This document shows, in pieces, positions 34,393-42,754 of a stretch of 49,618 nucleotides of DNA. The translations under genes were made by a program, and so were the position numbers. The stretch is from the IMG/VR virus record IMGVR_UViG_3300045988_183527, one strand, 5' to 3'. Below the pieces are notes generated by a model, which was not told the origin of the DNA, searched no databases, and worked only from the letters and a program-made list of their open reading frames with translations. This DNA is from a virus. Every line of letters begins with the position of its first letter. The stretch's first letter is position 1.

Positions 34393-34395
34393 AAA

Positions 34396-34638
34396 ATGCT
34401 TTACCAAGGATTTACCCCGAGAGGAATTGTCGAAATTCTTCTGAATTTCGGCTGGTCACAGAAGGACATAGGCGATGCTATCGGCCGTAGCGACGTTGCT
34501 ATCTGCAATATCGCGACAGGACGGTCGAAGCCGAAGAAGGAAACCGTTGACAAGTTGCTTGAGCTTGCAGAGCGCGAAGCGAAGAAGCTCGACGATCTTC
34601 GCGAACGCCTCGTCAACTATTTGGACGCCGCTAAATGA
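34396..34638 (+). CDS. XRE/Cro-type HTH regulator (80 aa)
   Basis: WSQKDIGDAIGRSDVAICNIATGRSKPKKETVDKL is an HTH_3-like pattern. Confidence 0.7.
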   Translation: MLYQGFTPRGIVEILLNFGWSQKDIGDAIGRSDVAICNIATGRSKPKKETVDKLLELAEREAKKLDDLRERLVNYLDAAK

Positions 34639-36986
34639 CCACTTCTTTCATCCATCGCTACGGGCCTGAGATCGCCCACGATTACCCCGTCTGCGCCATT
34701 GAGCCGGGGCAGAAGCGCCCCATCGGTAAGGAATGGCAGAAGCATCCGCTCTCACCGGAAGAATGCCGCGATTACCCGAACGAAGCCGCAGGCGTCGGCA
34801 TCATGTGCGGGCAGGGCGACAATCCGGTGTACGCCGTTGACGTAGACGTTTACGCCGATGCGGACTGCGCCCATGCCATCTACCACATGATCGAGGAGGT
34901 GACGGGCCAGGCTGATCTCCCGTACCGCGTCGGCAACTATCCGAAGCTTCTCGTTCCGCTCATTGGTACGGAAGTCGGTTGGAAAAAGATGACGACGGCC
35001 TGGTACGAGAAGGACGGCCTCCGGTCGCGCATCGAGCTTCTCGGCGACGGGCAGCAGTTTGTTGCGGCCGCCATCCACCCGGATACCAAACAGCCGTACG
35101 AATGGCACGGCGAACGTCTGGGCGGTTCGCTGATCGACATCCCTGAGGCGATGCCGATCGTTTCTCTGGCGAAGCTGCAGGACATCCTGCGGAAGGCTGA
35201 GAAGATTCTTGAAGCCCACGGTTGGCAGAAAGCGGACGGCGGTTCCGAAGTGAAGGGTACGGAGATTTCCGCCGACGAACTCGCGCCCCAATACCCGATC
35301 GGGGCTACGATTGAAGAAGCCCGTACGTGGCTGGCGGATATGCCGGGCAAGGACGATTACGACGTTTGGCTCAAAGTCGGTATGGCGCTCAATCACGAGT
35401 TCGGCAAAGGCGCATACTCGGAAGAAGCCCTGCAGGTTTGGGACGAATGGAGTCGGGGCAGTAAGAGCTACAAGGGCTTTGACGATCTGCTTTACCGTTG
35501 GACGGGTTTCGGGCGCCGACTCGGGCGCTCCGTCACCTGCCGCTGGCTTCAGTACGAGTACCAGCGCAGACACTTCGACAAGGCCGCGGAGCCGACGGAA
35601 GAAGGCCGCGCCGCGCGGTTTGCCTCGTACTTCCGAGGTTCCGTGCGTTATGCCATCGACACCGAACAGTGGTATCAGTGGACAGGGCTCTTCTGGCGGT
35701 TGCTGAGTCCGTCGGAAGCGGAAAGTCTCGCGGGGTACGCGATCGATGAACTGCTCCGTTTTGACATCGACGCGGCTCGTAAGGCGGGGAAAGAGGACGC
35801 GGAACTCGCGCAGTGGAACAAACTCTACCGTGCGATGCAGAGCGGCAACAAGCCCCGGATGATTCTCGCGGAAGCCCGCAAGTACAAGATCATTCACTGC
35901 CTCTCGACGGACTTCGACAGCAATGCTCGGTACTTCGGCGTCCGCAACGGTGCGATCGACCTTGAGACGGGGGCGTTCTGCAAACCCGAACCCGCGATGC
36001 TCATCAGCTTCCGGGCGGGTACGTCGTACGATCCTGAGGCGAAGTGCCCTACGTGGGAACAAACGGTGAGCGAAGCGTTCTTCGACGACCCCGGGATGAT
36101 CGACTACGTGCAGCGGCTTTTCGGCTACACGATCCTCGGGAAGCCGTACGAAGAAGTCATGGCGATTTTCTACGGCAACGGCTGTAACGGTAAGTCCACG
36201 ATCGTGAACGTCATGCGTGATCTCTTCGGGGACTACGGCCATACGGCAAGCGCGGAACTGCTTACGAGCGTCGGCCGCCGCTACAGTAACGCAGGCGGCG
36301 CCCGCGCTGACTTGATCGCCTTAAAGAGCAAGCGCTTTGTCGTCGTGTCGGAAATCGATCAGCGGGCGCGCATGCAGGAATCCGACATGAAAGCGCTGGT
36401 CTCGACGGACGAGGTGTCGGCCCGCGGTATGTATCAGTCGCAGATGAGCACCTTCCGTCCGACGTGGGTGGTGACGATGCTCACGAACTATCTGCCGACG
36501 ATCGACGGTACCGACAACGGCGTCTGGCGTCGTATCCATGCCGTGCCCTTTGACCGCGACTTTGACAAAGACGAGACGGTGAAGAAGGACGTGCACCGCG
36601 CTGACAAACTCCGTGCGGAACTCCCTGGCATCCTCAATTGGGTGCTCGAGGGGGTGAGAAAGTACAACGACCGCGGGTTGAAACAACCGCCGAAAGTCGC
36701 GGCTGAAAGCGCAGAGTACAAGTCGTCGCAGGACATCATCGGTGAGTGGCTCAGCGAGCGGTGCGTGAGCAAGCCCGGCGCAGCGGCGCCAACGTCCGTG
36801 GCGTGGGCGTCGTGGGACGCATTCTCAAAGCAGAACGGCTACCAGCACGACATCAACAGCAAAGCAAAGCTCACGAGGGCCTTGGCGCGTCGCGGGTTCC
36901 GGGTGCAGACGCAATGGATGAACGGCCGTAACGTGCGTTGCTATATGGGGATATCCGTCGGGGATGACTTTGAGGAGTTGTTATGA
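34635..36986 (+). CDS. Bifunctional primase-polymerase / SF3 helicase (P4 alpha / D5 family)
   Basis: N-terminal prim-pol-like domain (VGIMCGQGDNPVYAVDVDVY). C-terminal D5/P4 NTPase with FYGNGCNGKST (Walker A) and FVVVSEID (Walker B). Confidence 0.88.
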   Translation: MTTSFIHRYGPEIAHDYPVCAIEPGQKRPIGKEWQKHPLSPEECRDYPNEAAGVGIMCGQGDNPVYAVDVDVYADADCAHAIYHMIEEVTGQADLPYRVGNYPKLLVPLIGTEVGWKKMTTAWYEKDGLRSRIELLGDGQQFVAAAIHPDTKQPYEWHGERLGGSLIDIPEAMPIVSLAKLQDILRKAEKILEAHGWQKADGGSEVKGTEISADELAPQYPIGATIEEARTWLADMPGKDDYDVWLKVGMALNHEFGKGAYSEEALQVWDEWSRGSKSYKGFDDLLYRWTGFGRRLGRSVTCRWLQYEYQRRHFDKAAEPTEEGRAARFASYFRGSVRYAIDTEQWYQWTGLFWRLLSPSEAESLAGYAIDELLRFDIDAARKAGKEDAELAQWNKLYRAMQSGNKPRMILAEARKYKIIHCLSTDFDSNARYFGVRNGAIDLETGAFCKPEPAMLISFRAGTSYDPEAKCPTWEQTVSEAFFDDPGMIDYVQRLFGYTILGKPYEEVMAIFYGNGCNGKSTIVNVMRDLFGDYGHTASAELLTSVGRRYSNAGGARADLIALKSKRFVVVSEIDQRARMQESDMKALVSTDEVSARGMYQSQMSTFRPTWVVTMLTNYLPTIDGTDNGVWRRIHAVPFDRDFDKDETVKKDVHRADKLRAELPGILNWVLEGVRKYNDRGLKQPPKVAAESAEYKSSQDIIGEWLSERCVSKPGAAAPTSVAWASWDAFSKQNGYQHDINSKAKLTRALARRGFRVQTQWMNGRNVRCYMGISVGDDFEELL

Positions 36987-37219
36987 CGGGGCTGTTTGAA
37001 GAAATCGGTGTACGTGTTGACGCGGCGAATCGTGAGGGGCGGGCGATTCGCACAGCGCGGGATTTAGCCGACAAAGCAATGGGCGCATTAGAACGGAGCA
37101 CACCCGCCAGCAAAGTAAAAGGGACTACCGTTTGTCAGGTTTGCGATTGGCTGGCGGAGATTTTCTGCCTGCTGGAAGCCCCTGAAAAGGAAGAGGATAA
37201 GCGTCGTGGTCGCGCGTAA
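36983..37219 (+). CDS. Hypothetical protein (78 aa)
   Basis: ATGA overlap with the primase stop. GAGGAG RBS. Confidence 0.55.
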   Translation: MTGLFEEIGVRVDAANREGRAIRTARDLADKAMGALERSTPASKVKGTTVCQVCDWLAEIFCLLEAPEKEEDKRRGRA

Positions 37220-37243
37220 AATCGTTTGAAGGAGGGCATGGTT

Positions 37244-37684
37244 ATGGGACTGACGAGAGATCGTAACGCTCTGTTGAGCCAAGATGAAATCGAGGCCATT
37301 AAGGTGTGCCAAGGCATCATCAATCGTATGGCTGAGAATTCGGCCAAGGCGAAGAATCTCTTTTTCACAATCTCCGCCGCCTTTGTAGCGTTGCTGGGCT
37401 CATCGGCTTTCGAAGTCGATGAGCGGACGCTCGGCGGATACGCTGTGATCTCCATCGCGCTGTGGTACGTGGATGCGCGATATCTGCAGTTGGAGCAGAT
37501 GTTTCGCGGCGTCCATCGGCGCATCATCAACGGTTGCCTGCCTTACTTGGACGCTTGGATGTTCAAGCCCACGAAGGAAGACGCGGCGTCCATTTGGAAG
37601 CTCATGCTTTGGAACTTCTCGACGATGGTGTACCCGGCGGTAGCGGCGGCGTTGATTGCGATAGCGTTACTTGCCAGCGCGTAG
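37244..37684 (+). CDS. Small membrane protein (146 aa; N-terminal amphipathic helix plus 3 hydrophobic segments), possible SLATT-like effector
   Basis: ATG 37244 lies 8 nt after GGAGG. TM candidates are LFFTISAAFVALLGSSAF, GGYAVISIALWYV and MVYPAVAAALIAIALLASA. The 3' end overlaps the TIR-like gene 3' end by 18 nt. Confidence 0.6.
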   Translation: MGLTRDRNALLSQDEIEAIKVCQGIINRMAENSAKAKNLFFTISAAFVALLGSSAFEVDERTLGGYAVISIALWYVDARYLQLEQMFRGVHRRIINGCLPYLDAWMFKPTKEDAASIWKLMLWNFSTMVYPAVAAALIAIALLASA

Positions 37685-38152
37685 GCAGGCTTCTTCGATC
37701 CATTCGCCGATGTTTTCTGCCCCGTTGTTGCTGATCCAATGGTATTGGTTGATTTGGTAGCCGAGGCCGGAAGTGTAGAGGCCGTGATAGCTATAAGGAT
37801 CGAATCCGTAGCCACAGATGCTGCCGTCTTTTCGGCGCATGCCGTCAAGGTGGACGATGAAGCGAGCCATGCACTTTTCACTCGCGAGTTGCAACTCGAA
37901 CTTCACCCAATCACTTTGGTAGGTTTTCTCGCCGACAAAGAGGATGAGGCAGGAGCAGCCCTCCATGTTGCGTCTGATCCAATTCTCAATGGCCTTGGGA
38001 TCGGTTAAGCCTTCTTCGGCGGGTACGCCTTTAATAAAACCGACTTCTTCGCGGCCTACGACGATCGGTCGGTTAATGATCTGATTGACGAGCCAGGCGT
38101 CGTCCCAATCGTAGGACGGGAAGACGATTCTGAATTTTGGTTGTGTTGTCAA
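37667..38152 (-). CDS. TIR-like domain protein (MTH538/DUF1863 type, ThsB-like)
   Basis: TTG start 38152 lies 5 nt after GGAGG. The pattern KFRIVFPSYDWDD...CSCLILFVGEKTYQSDWVKFELQLASEK...FIVHLDGM...YHWISNNGAENIGEWIEEA follows the DUF1863 TIR-like layout. Confidence 0.7.
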   Translation of the reverse strand: MTTQPKFRIVFPSYDWDDAWLVNQIINRPIVVGREEVGFIKGVPAEEGLTDPKAIENWIRRNMEGCSCLILFVGEKTYQSDWVKFELQLASEKCMARFIVHLDGMRRKDGSICGYGFDPYSYHGLYTSGLGYQINQYHWISNNGAENIGEWIEEACLRAGK

Positions 38153-38246
38153 AGTTTTCCTCCGTGAGGTGGTTAATGGGGCAGAGATTGCTGGGCCCTG
38201 CACCTGCAATCATCTCACGGGGGTCTTGGAAAAGAAAGGAGTAAGT

Positions 38247-38705
38247 ATGACATACCCTGTTTGTCCCTTGCCCGAAGTTGAACTTCGCGGGCGCAAGGAG
38301 CGTGAACGCGATGCGGCTATCGCGGCGGCGTTCCACGAAATTGCTACTAGCGCCCAAGCCCTCGGCGCGCATCCGGCGAAAGTCCTTTTGTCTCGCATCG
38401 AACAGCTCTGCAAAGAATGCCGCGACACACTGGAGAAGCCGCTTCTCATGGACATTTTGTTGACGACCGAGTGGAGCTACGTGATTAAGAACGGCGATTA
38501 TGAAGACGCTGGGTTTAGAGCCATATCGAAGGACGAAAAGCTCATGGTGATTATGTATCCGCGGGAAAAGGCTGCCGCTGTTTACCCTCTCGACGCCGAA
38601 GGCGGCATGGACGTAGATAAGGGGCCTTCGGTGCAGGAAAAGCTTGTCGCGTTCGACTGGAAACGCGCCATGGCGGTTTTCGATCGGCTGATGAGACGGC
38701 CCTGA
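38247..38705 (+). CDS. Hypothetical protein (152 aa), first gene of the SPFH operon
   Basis: ATG 38247 preceded by AAAGGAG. Divergent from the TIR-like gene. Confidence 0.6.
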   Translation: MTYPVCPLPEVELRGRKERERDAAIAAAFHEIATSAQALGAHPAKVLLSRIEQLCKECRDTLEKPLLMDILLTTEWSYVIKNGDYEDAGFRAISKDEKLMVIMYPREKAAAVYPLDAEGGMDVDKGPSVQEKLVAFDWKRAMAVFDRLMRRP

Positions 38706-38706
38706 T

Positions 38707-38892
38707 ATGAACCGCGCACTTTGGATAACGATTGCAGGAATCGTTGTTTTCCTTTTGTATACCTGCGTCGCCCCGGCGCTTTTGTCGTCGGACGACTTTA
38801 TCTGCATCACACTCGGCTTGCTGGTCGTGGCATTGCCGATTGTGGCGGGGGCTATGTATTTCACTCTGAGGAAGAAAAATGTTGAAGAATGA
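38707..38892 (+). CDS. Small 2-TM membrane protein (61 aa), NfeD-like position upstream of the SPFH gene
   Basis: LWITIAGIVVFLLYTCVAPALL and ICITLGLLVVALPIVAGAMYF. Overlaps the SPFH gene start by 14 nt. Confidence 0.6.
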   Translation: MNRALWITIAGIVVFLLYTCVAPALLSSDDFICITLGLLVVALPIVAGAMYFTLRKKNVEE

Positions 38893-39742
38893 AAACGGGT
38901 ACGTCGGTGCGTTCACTGCGGCGGTGACGGCGCTTGTCGGCTTAGGCGCGGCGGCTTATGCGCTTTGGGCGTTGACGACGATCGAAGCTGGGTACGTCGG
39001 TGTTCGCGTGAACCTTTACGCCGACAAGGGCGTGCAGAATGAAGTCGTCGGTACCGGGCGGTACTTTCTCGGAATCAACGAGCAAATGTATCGCTTCCCG
39101 ACGTTCAACCAGTTGAAGAACTACGAGCAGCCGTTCTTGTTCCAATCGTCCGACGCAATGGAAATCAAGGCTCGTATCGGCGTTGAGTACAACATCGATC
39201 CGAAGAAGGCGGCCACTGTTTTTGCCACGTACCGCAAGGGCATCGATGAGATTACGGAAGTCAACATCCGCCAATATATCTCCGATTCTCTCATCAAGAA
39301 CGCGACGCTGATGGACGTGAACGCCATTACGCAGGGCGGCAAGTCGAAGCTTCTCGAAGACGTCACGAAGGAAATCCGCGCCAAGCTTGATCCGGTCGGC
39401 ATCCGCATCGTGAAGCTTTCGTGGATGGACGACCTGCAGTACCCGGCCCAGGTGCGGGCTTCCATCAACGCCAAGATCGAGGCGACGCAGCGCGCTTTGC
39501 TCCGTGAAAACGAAGTCGCGCAGTCCAAGGCGGAAGCCGAAAAGCTCCGCGTGGCGGCGCAAGGTGAAGCCGATGCGCGTCTTACCCGCGCCAAGGCCGA
39601 GGCTGAGGCGATCGCCATCAAGGCGAAGGCACTGCGCGACAACCCCGGCATCCTGCAGTTGAACGCTATCGACAAGTGGAACGGCGTGTTGCCGCAGTAC
39701 ATGACAGGCGGCGCAACGGTTCCCTTTGTCCCGGTGAAGTGA
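38879..39742 (+). CDS. SPFH/band-7 (prohibitin/HflC-like) membrane protein
   Basis: N-terminal TM, then IEAGYVGVRVNLYADKG...IRIVKLSWMDDLQYPAQVRASINAKIEATQRA...AEAEK coiled coil, which is the typical SPFH architecture. Confidence 0.85.
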   Translation: MLKNENGYVGAFTAAVTALVGLGAAAYALWALTTIEAGYVGVRVNLYADKGVQNEVVGTGRYFLGINEQMYRFPTFNQLKNYEQPFLFQSSDAMEIKARIGVEYNIDPKKAATVFATYRKGIDEITEVNIRQYISDSLIKNATLMDVNAITQGGKSKLLEDVTKEIRAKLDPVGIRIVKLSWMDDLQYPAQVRASINAKIEATQRALLRENEVAQSKAEAEKLRVAAQGEADARLTRAKAEAEAIAIKAKALRDNPGILQLNAIDKWNGVLPQYMTGGATVPFVPVK

Positions 39743-39745
39743 TTC

Positions 39746-39800
39746 CGTAGGTGCTCGTAGCCGTTCGTAGACGTCCGACAGCTGACGAATGAAAACGGAC
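39746..39800 (+). repeat. 10-bp phased CG(T/A/G)A-type repeats (CGTAG x3, then CGACA, CGAAT, CGGAC) just upstream of terL
   Basis: CGTAG at 39746, 39756 and 39766, followed by related pentamers at 39776, 39786 and 39796. Confidence 0.5.
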
Positions 39801-39812
39801 TTGAGTCCGACG

Positions 39813-39847
39813 ATGCCCTTTCAGATCAACACTGAGGGGGCATTTTT
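39813..39847 (+). terminator. Hairpin ATGCCCTTTCAG-loop-CTGAGGGGGCAT followed by TTTTT, abutting the terL start codon
   Basis: Read directly. The T run ends at the ATG at 39848. Confidence 0.5.
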
Positions 39848-41404
39848 ATGGACTCAAAAACCGCGCAGCTTTTGGCGGAGGACTTGGCGGCTTGTTATGA
39901 CGATCCTCTCCGTTTTGTCCTTTGGGCGTTTCCTTGGGGCACGATGCCGGAAATGTCGCTGGTGAAGCTTCCGGAGAAGTGGCGGGCGAAGTATCCGAAC
40001 TGCGAATACGGCCCCGACGTGTGGGCGTGCGAATTGTTGGACGACGTGGGTCGCCAGGTGAAGGAGCGCAAGTTCGACGGCAAGCACGCCGTGGAGCCGA
40101 TTCGCATGGCAGTGGCGTCCGGGCACGGGATTGGCAAAAGTTGCATCACCGCATGGATTGTGTGTTGGATCATGGCGACGCGTCCCAACTGTAAGGGCGT
40201 CGTGACGGCCAACACGGCGGCGCAGCTTGAGACGAAGACGTGGGCTGAAATCACAAAGTGGATGCGGCGCTCCCTCGTGAAGGATTTGTTTGACTGCAAG
40301 TCCACGTCCATCACGGCATTGGAGTCGCCGGAATCGTGGCGGGTGGACGCGCTCACTTGCCGCGAAGAAAACGCCGAATCTTTCGCAGGCCAGCACGCGG
40401 CTTCTTCGACGCCTTTCTACGTCTTTGACGAAGCGTCCGCTATCCCCGAGGCCGTCTACGACGTGGCTGAAGGCGGCCTGACCGACGGTGAGCCGATGAT
40501 CTTTCTCTTCGGCAACCCGACGCGTAACAGCGGCCGATTCTTCGAGTGCTTCCACAAGCGCTCCAAGTATTGGAACACACGCACGATTGATAGCCGCAAC
40601 GTCGCCATCACCAACAAAAAGCAGATCGCCCAATGGGAGGAAGAGTACGGGGAGGACTCCGACTTCTTCAAAGTCCGCGTGAAGGGCGAGTTCCCAAGCC
40701 AAGGCGCCGATCAGTTCATCCCGGCGGCGCGTGTGCGTGCGGCGATGGATCGGGGTTCTCTCGCGACGAACGCGGCGACGTGCGCCATGGTGGGCGTGGA
40801 CGTGGCGCGGTTCGGCGACGACGACACGGTGATCTTTACCCGCATCGGGCGCGACGGGGCGACGGTACCGGTGAAGCGGTTCCACGGGCTCAACACGGTG
40901 CAGGTGGTGGGGCAGGTGAAGGAGCATATCCGCTACCTCCGTACGACGCTCAAGGTGCCCCGTGTGCACGTGTTCGTGGACGAAGGCGGCGTCGGTGGCG
41001 GCCCCGTGGATATCCTCAAAGAAGACGGATTCCCCGTGCGCGGCATCAACTTTGCCGAGACGCCGGACGACAAGGACAAATACCCCGGCAAGCGCGAGGA
41101 GATGTGGGATCGCATGGCCGAGTGGCTGAAAGAAGGATCGCTCCCGGACGACAAGGAGCTGCAGGAGGATTTGGTGTCTCCGACGTATTCCTTTGACACC
41201 TACGGTCGCAAGAAGCTCGAAAGCAAGAAGGATATGAAAAAGCGGGGGCTCCGTTCTCCGGACGCCGCCGACGCCGTGGCGCTCACCTTTGCCTGCCGCG
41301 TGAACGAGTACGAGGGCGAATACGGCGGACGCCGGGAAAGCCAGCTGGCGCAGGGGCGGCGCAACTACAACCCCTTTGCGAATCTCATGCGGAAGTTCTT
41401 CTGA
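39848..41404 (+). CDS. terL: Terminase large subunit
   Basis: ASGHGIGKSC (Walker A), FYVFDEASAI (Walker B), a C-terminal nuclease-type region, and position ahead of the portal. Confidence 0.9.
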   Translation: MDSKTAQLLAEDLAACYDDPLRFVLWAFPWGTMPEMSLVKLPEKWRAKYPNCEYGPDVWACELLDDVGRQVKERKFDGKHAVEPIRMAVASGHGIGKSCITAWIVCWIMATRPNCKGVVTANTAAQLETKTWAEITKWMRRSLVKDLFDCKSTSITALESPESWRVDALTCREENAESFAGQHAASSTPFYVFDEASAIPEAVYDVAEGGLTDGEPMIFLFGNPTRNSGRFFECFHKRSKYWNTRTIDSRNVAITNKKQIAQWEEEYGEDSDFFKVRVKGEFPSQGADQFIPAARVRAAMDRGSLATNAATCAMVGVDVARFGDDDTVIFTRIGRDGATVPVKRFHGLNTVQVVGQVKEHIRYLRTTLKVPRVHVFVDEGGVGGGPVDILKEDGFPVRGINFAETPDDKDKYPGKREEMWDRMAEWLKEGSLPDDKELQEDLVSPTYSFDTYGRKKLESKKDMKKRGLRSPDAADAVALTFACRVNEYEGEYGGRRESQLAQGRRNYNPFANLMRKFF

Positions 41405-41439
41405 CGAATGTAATCGGAAGAGCGGCGGATGATGCGGCC

Positions 41440-41880
41440 ATGACGAACGAAATCACCACCCCAAAGATGCACGCCGTTTCTGCCGGATGGCAAAAGCGTG
41501 TGAACGCCCTTGCTGATTTGTTTTCTCAGATCGGCGAGGTTCCCCTACCCGTGGAGCAGCACCTTCACGGCGGTGTCTACTCGCGCACGTTGCTGCAGAA
41601 GGCAGGTGTCGTCTGTGCGACGGCTCTCGTGCGCGTCCCGACGCAGCTCATCGTGAGCGGCCACGCCCGCATTTATTGCGAAGACAACGTAATCGAGGTG
41701 AAGGGCTACCGCGTACTGGAAGGCTTGCCCGGACGGCAAATGGTTGTCTACACGCTCGAGGATACATGGGCGACGTGCTTCTTTGCGACGCAGGCGAAGA
41801 CCGTGGCGGAGGCAGAGGCGGAAGCCGTGGGCGAAGAGGTGGCGCGGCGTTTGACGAATCATCGGCTTTTGGAGGGATGA
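41440..41880 (+). CDS. Hypothetical protein (146 aa) between terminase and portal
   Basis: Conserved-looking beta-rich protein (HLHGGVYSRTL...). Function unknown. Confidence 0.55.
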   Translation: MTNEITTPKMHAVSAGWQKRVNALADLFSQIGEVPLPVEQHLHGGVYSRTLLQKAGVVCATALVRVPTQLIVSGHARIYCEDNVIEVKGYRVLEGLPGRQMVVYTLEDTWATCFFATQAKTVAEAEAEAVGEEVARRLTNHRLLEG

Positions 41881-41881
41881 C

Positions 41882-42202
41882 ATGACTTTTGGAATTTCGA
41901 CGGCGGGGGCCATCATGATCGCCGGGGCGATGGCGGCCGGGGCTTCTGTCTACAGCGCCGATCAGCAGCGGCGCGCGACGAACCGTGCTTCCGACTTGCA
42001 GGCGCAGGCGTCCCGTGACGCACTGACGCAGCAGCAGGCGGAGCAGAACCAGGCGAACCAGCGCACGGCGGATACGGAATCGATCCTCGAAGGGAACAGT
42101 CAAGGGGATACGCAGTCCACGATGCTCACGGGGGCGAACGGGTTGACGCTTGACGATTTGATCCTCGGACGTGGTACGTCTTTACTCGGAGGGCGTCAGT
42201 GA
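41882..42202 (+). CDS. Small virion-associated protein (106 aa; N-terminal hydrophobic segment, Gln-rich)
   Basis: GGAGGG RBS. MTFGISTAGAIMIAGAMAAGASVY then QQ-rich. Confidence 0.55.
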   Translation: MTFGISTAGAIMIAGAMAAGASVYSADQQRRATNRASDLQAQASRDALTQQQAEQNQANQRTADTESILEGNSQGDTQSTMLTGANGLTLDDLILGRGTSLLGGRQ

Positions 42203-42753
42203 TGGAAGACGATCTGATGGAAGGCCTCTCTCTCGGGGATGAAGCGCCGGAGGAAGAAAACCCGGCGCCCGCTGAGGACGAATTGGGCGGCGGATTGTCG
42301 TTGGGTGAGGGCGAGGAAGAGAAGCCCAAAGAAGCGCCGCAACCCGACGACGTACCGGAGAAGTACGAAATCGAAGGCGAGAACGACGCCTTTAACGAGG
42401 CCGTGGGGAAGGTGGCTCGTGAACTTGGCCTGTCGCAGGAGAAGTTGCAGAAGGTTTCTACGGCGATCGATACGGCTCGGGACGACGAAACCTACGAGAT
42501 GGCGAAGGCGTGGGCGGTGCAGGTTAAGCAGGACGAAGAGATCGGCGGCGAGAAGTTTGAAGAGTCGCGGCTTTTGGCGCGCGAGGTGTTCGATAAGTAT
42601 GCACCGTCCGAGGAGCTGAAGTACATGCTCATCAACTCGGGGCTGTCGAATCACCCGGACTTTATGCGGATGATGGTGCACATCGGGCGTGATCTGAAGA
42701 AGGGCGGCACTCAGATGCGCAGCCGGTTCCCGAACAGTCGCATGGGAGGCTGA
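42199..42753 (+). CDS. Scaffold-like protein, paralogue A (start GTG 42199 or ATG 42202)
   Basis: Acidic N-terminus, then VPEKYE...ARELGLSQEKLQK...EIGGEKF...GLSNHPDFMRMMVHIG. The same motif order occurs in 45141..45758. Confidence 0.6.
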   Translation: MMEDDLMEGLSLGDEAPEEENPAPAEDELGGGLSLGEGEEEKPKEAPQPDDVPEKYEIEGENDAFNEAVGKVARELGLSQEKLQKVSTAIDTARDDETYEMAKAWAVQVKQDEEIGGEKFEESRLLAREVFDKYAPSEELKYMLINSGLSNHPDFMRMMVHIGRDLKKGGTQMRSRFPNSRMGG

Positions 42754-42754
42754 C

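Noticed and set aside
37667-38152. Canonical Thoeris system (ThsA plus ThsB).
   Set aside because: Only the ThsB-like TIR gene is present. No SIR2, SLOG or Macro-domain ThsA-type gene is adjacent or elsewhere, so it is reported as a non-canonical candidate instead.
38073-38864. 263-aa minus-strand ORF upstream of the TIR-like gene that would have made a co-directional two-gene operon.
   Set aside because: It overlaps three + strand genes that have strong RBSs (AAAGGAG at 38247) and sensible membrane/SPFH products. Its own translation is low-complexity.
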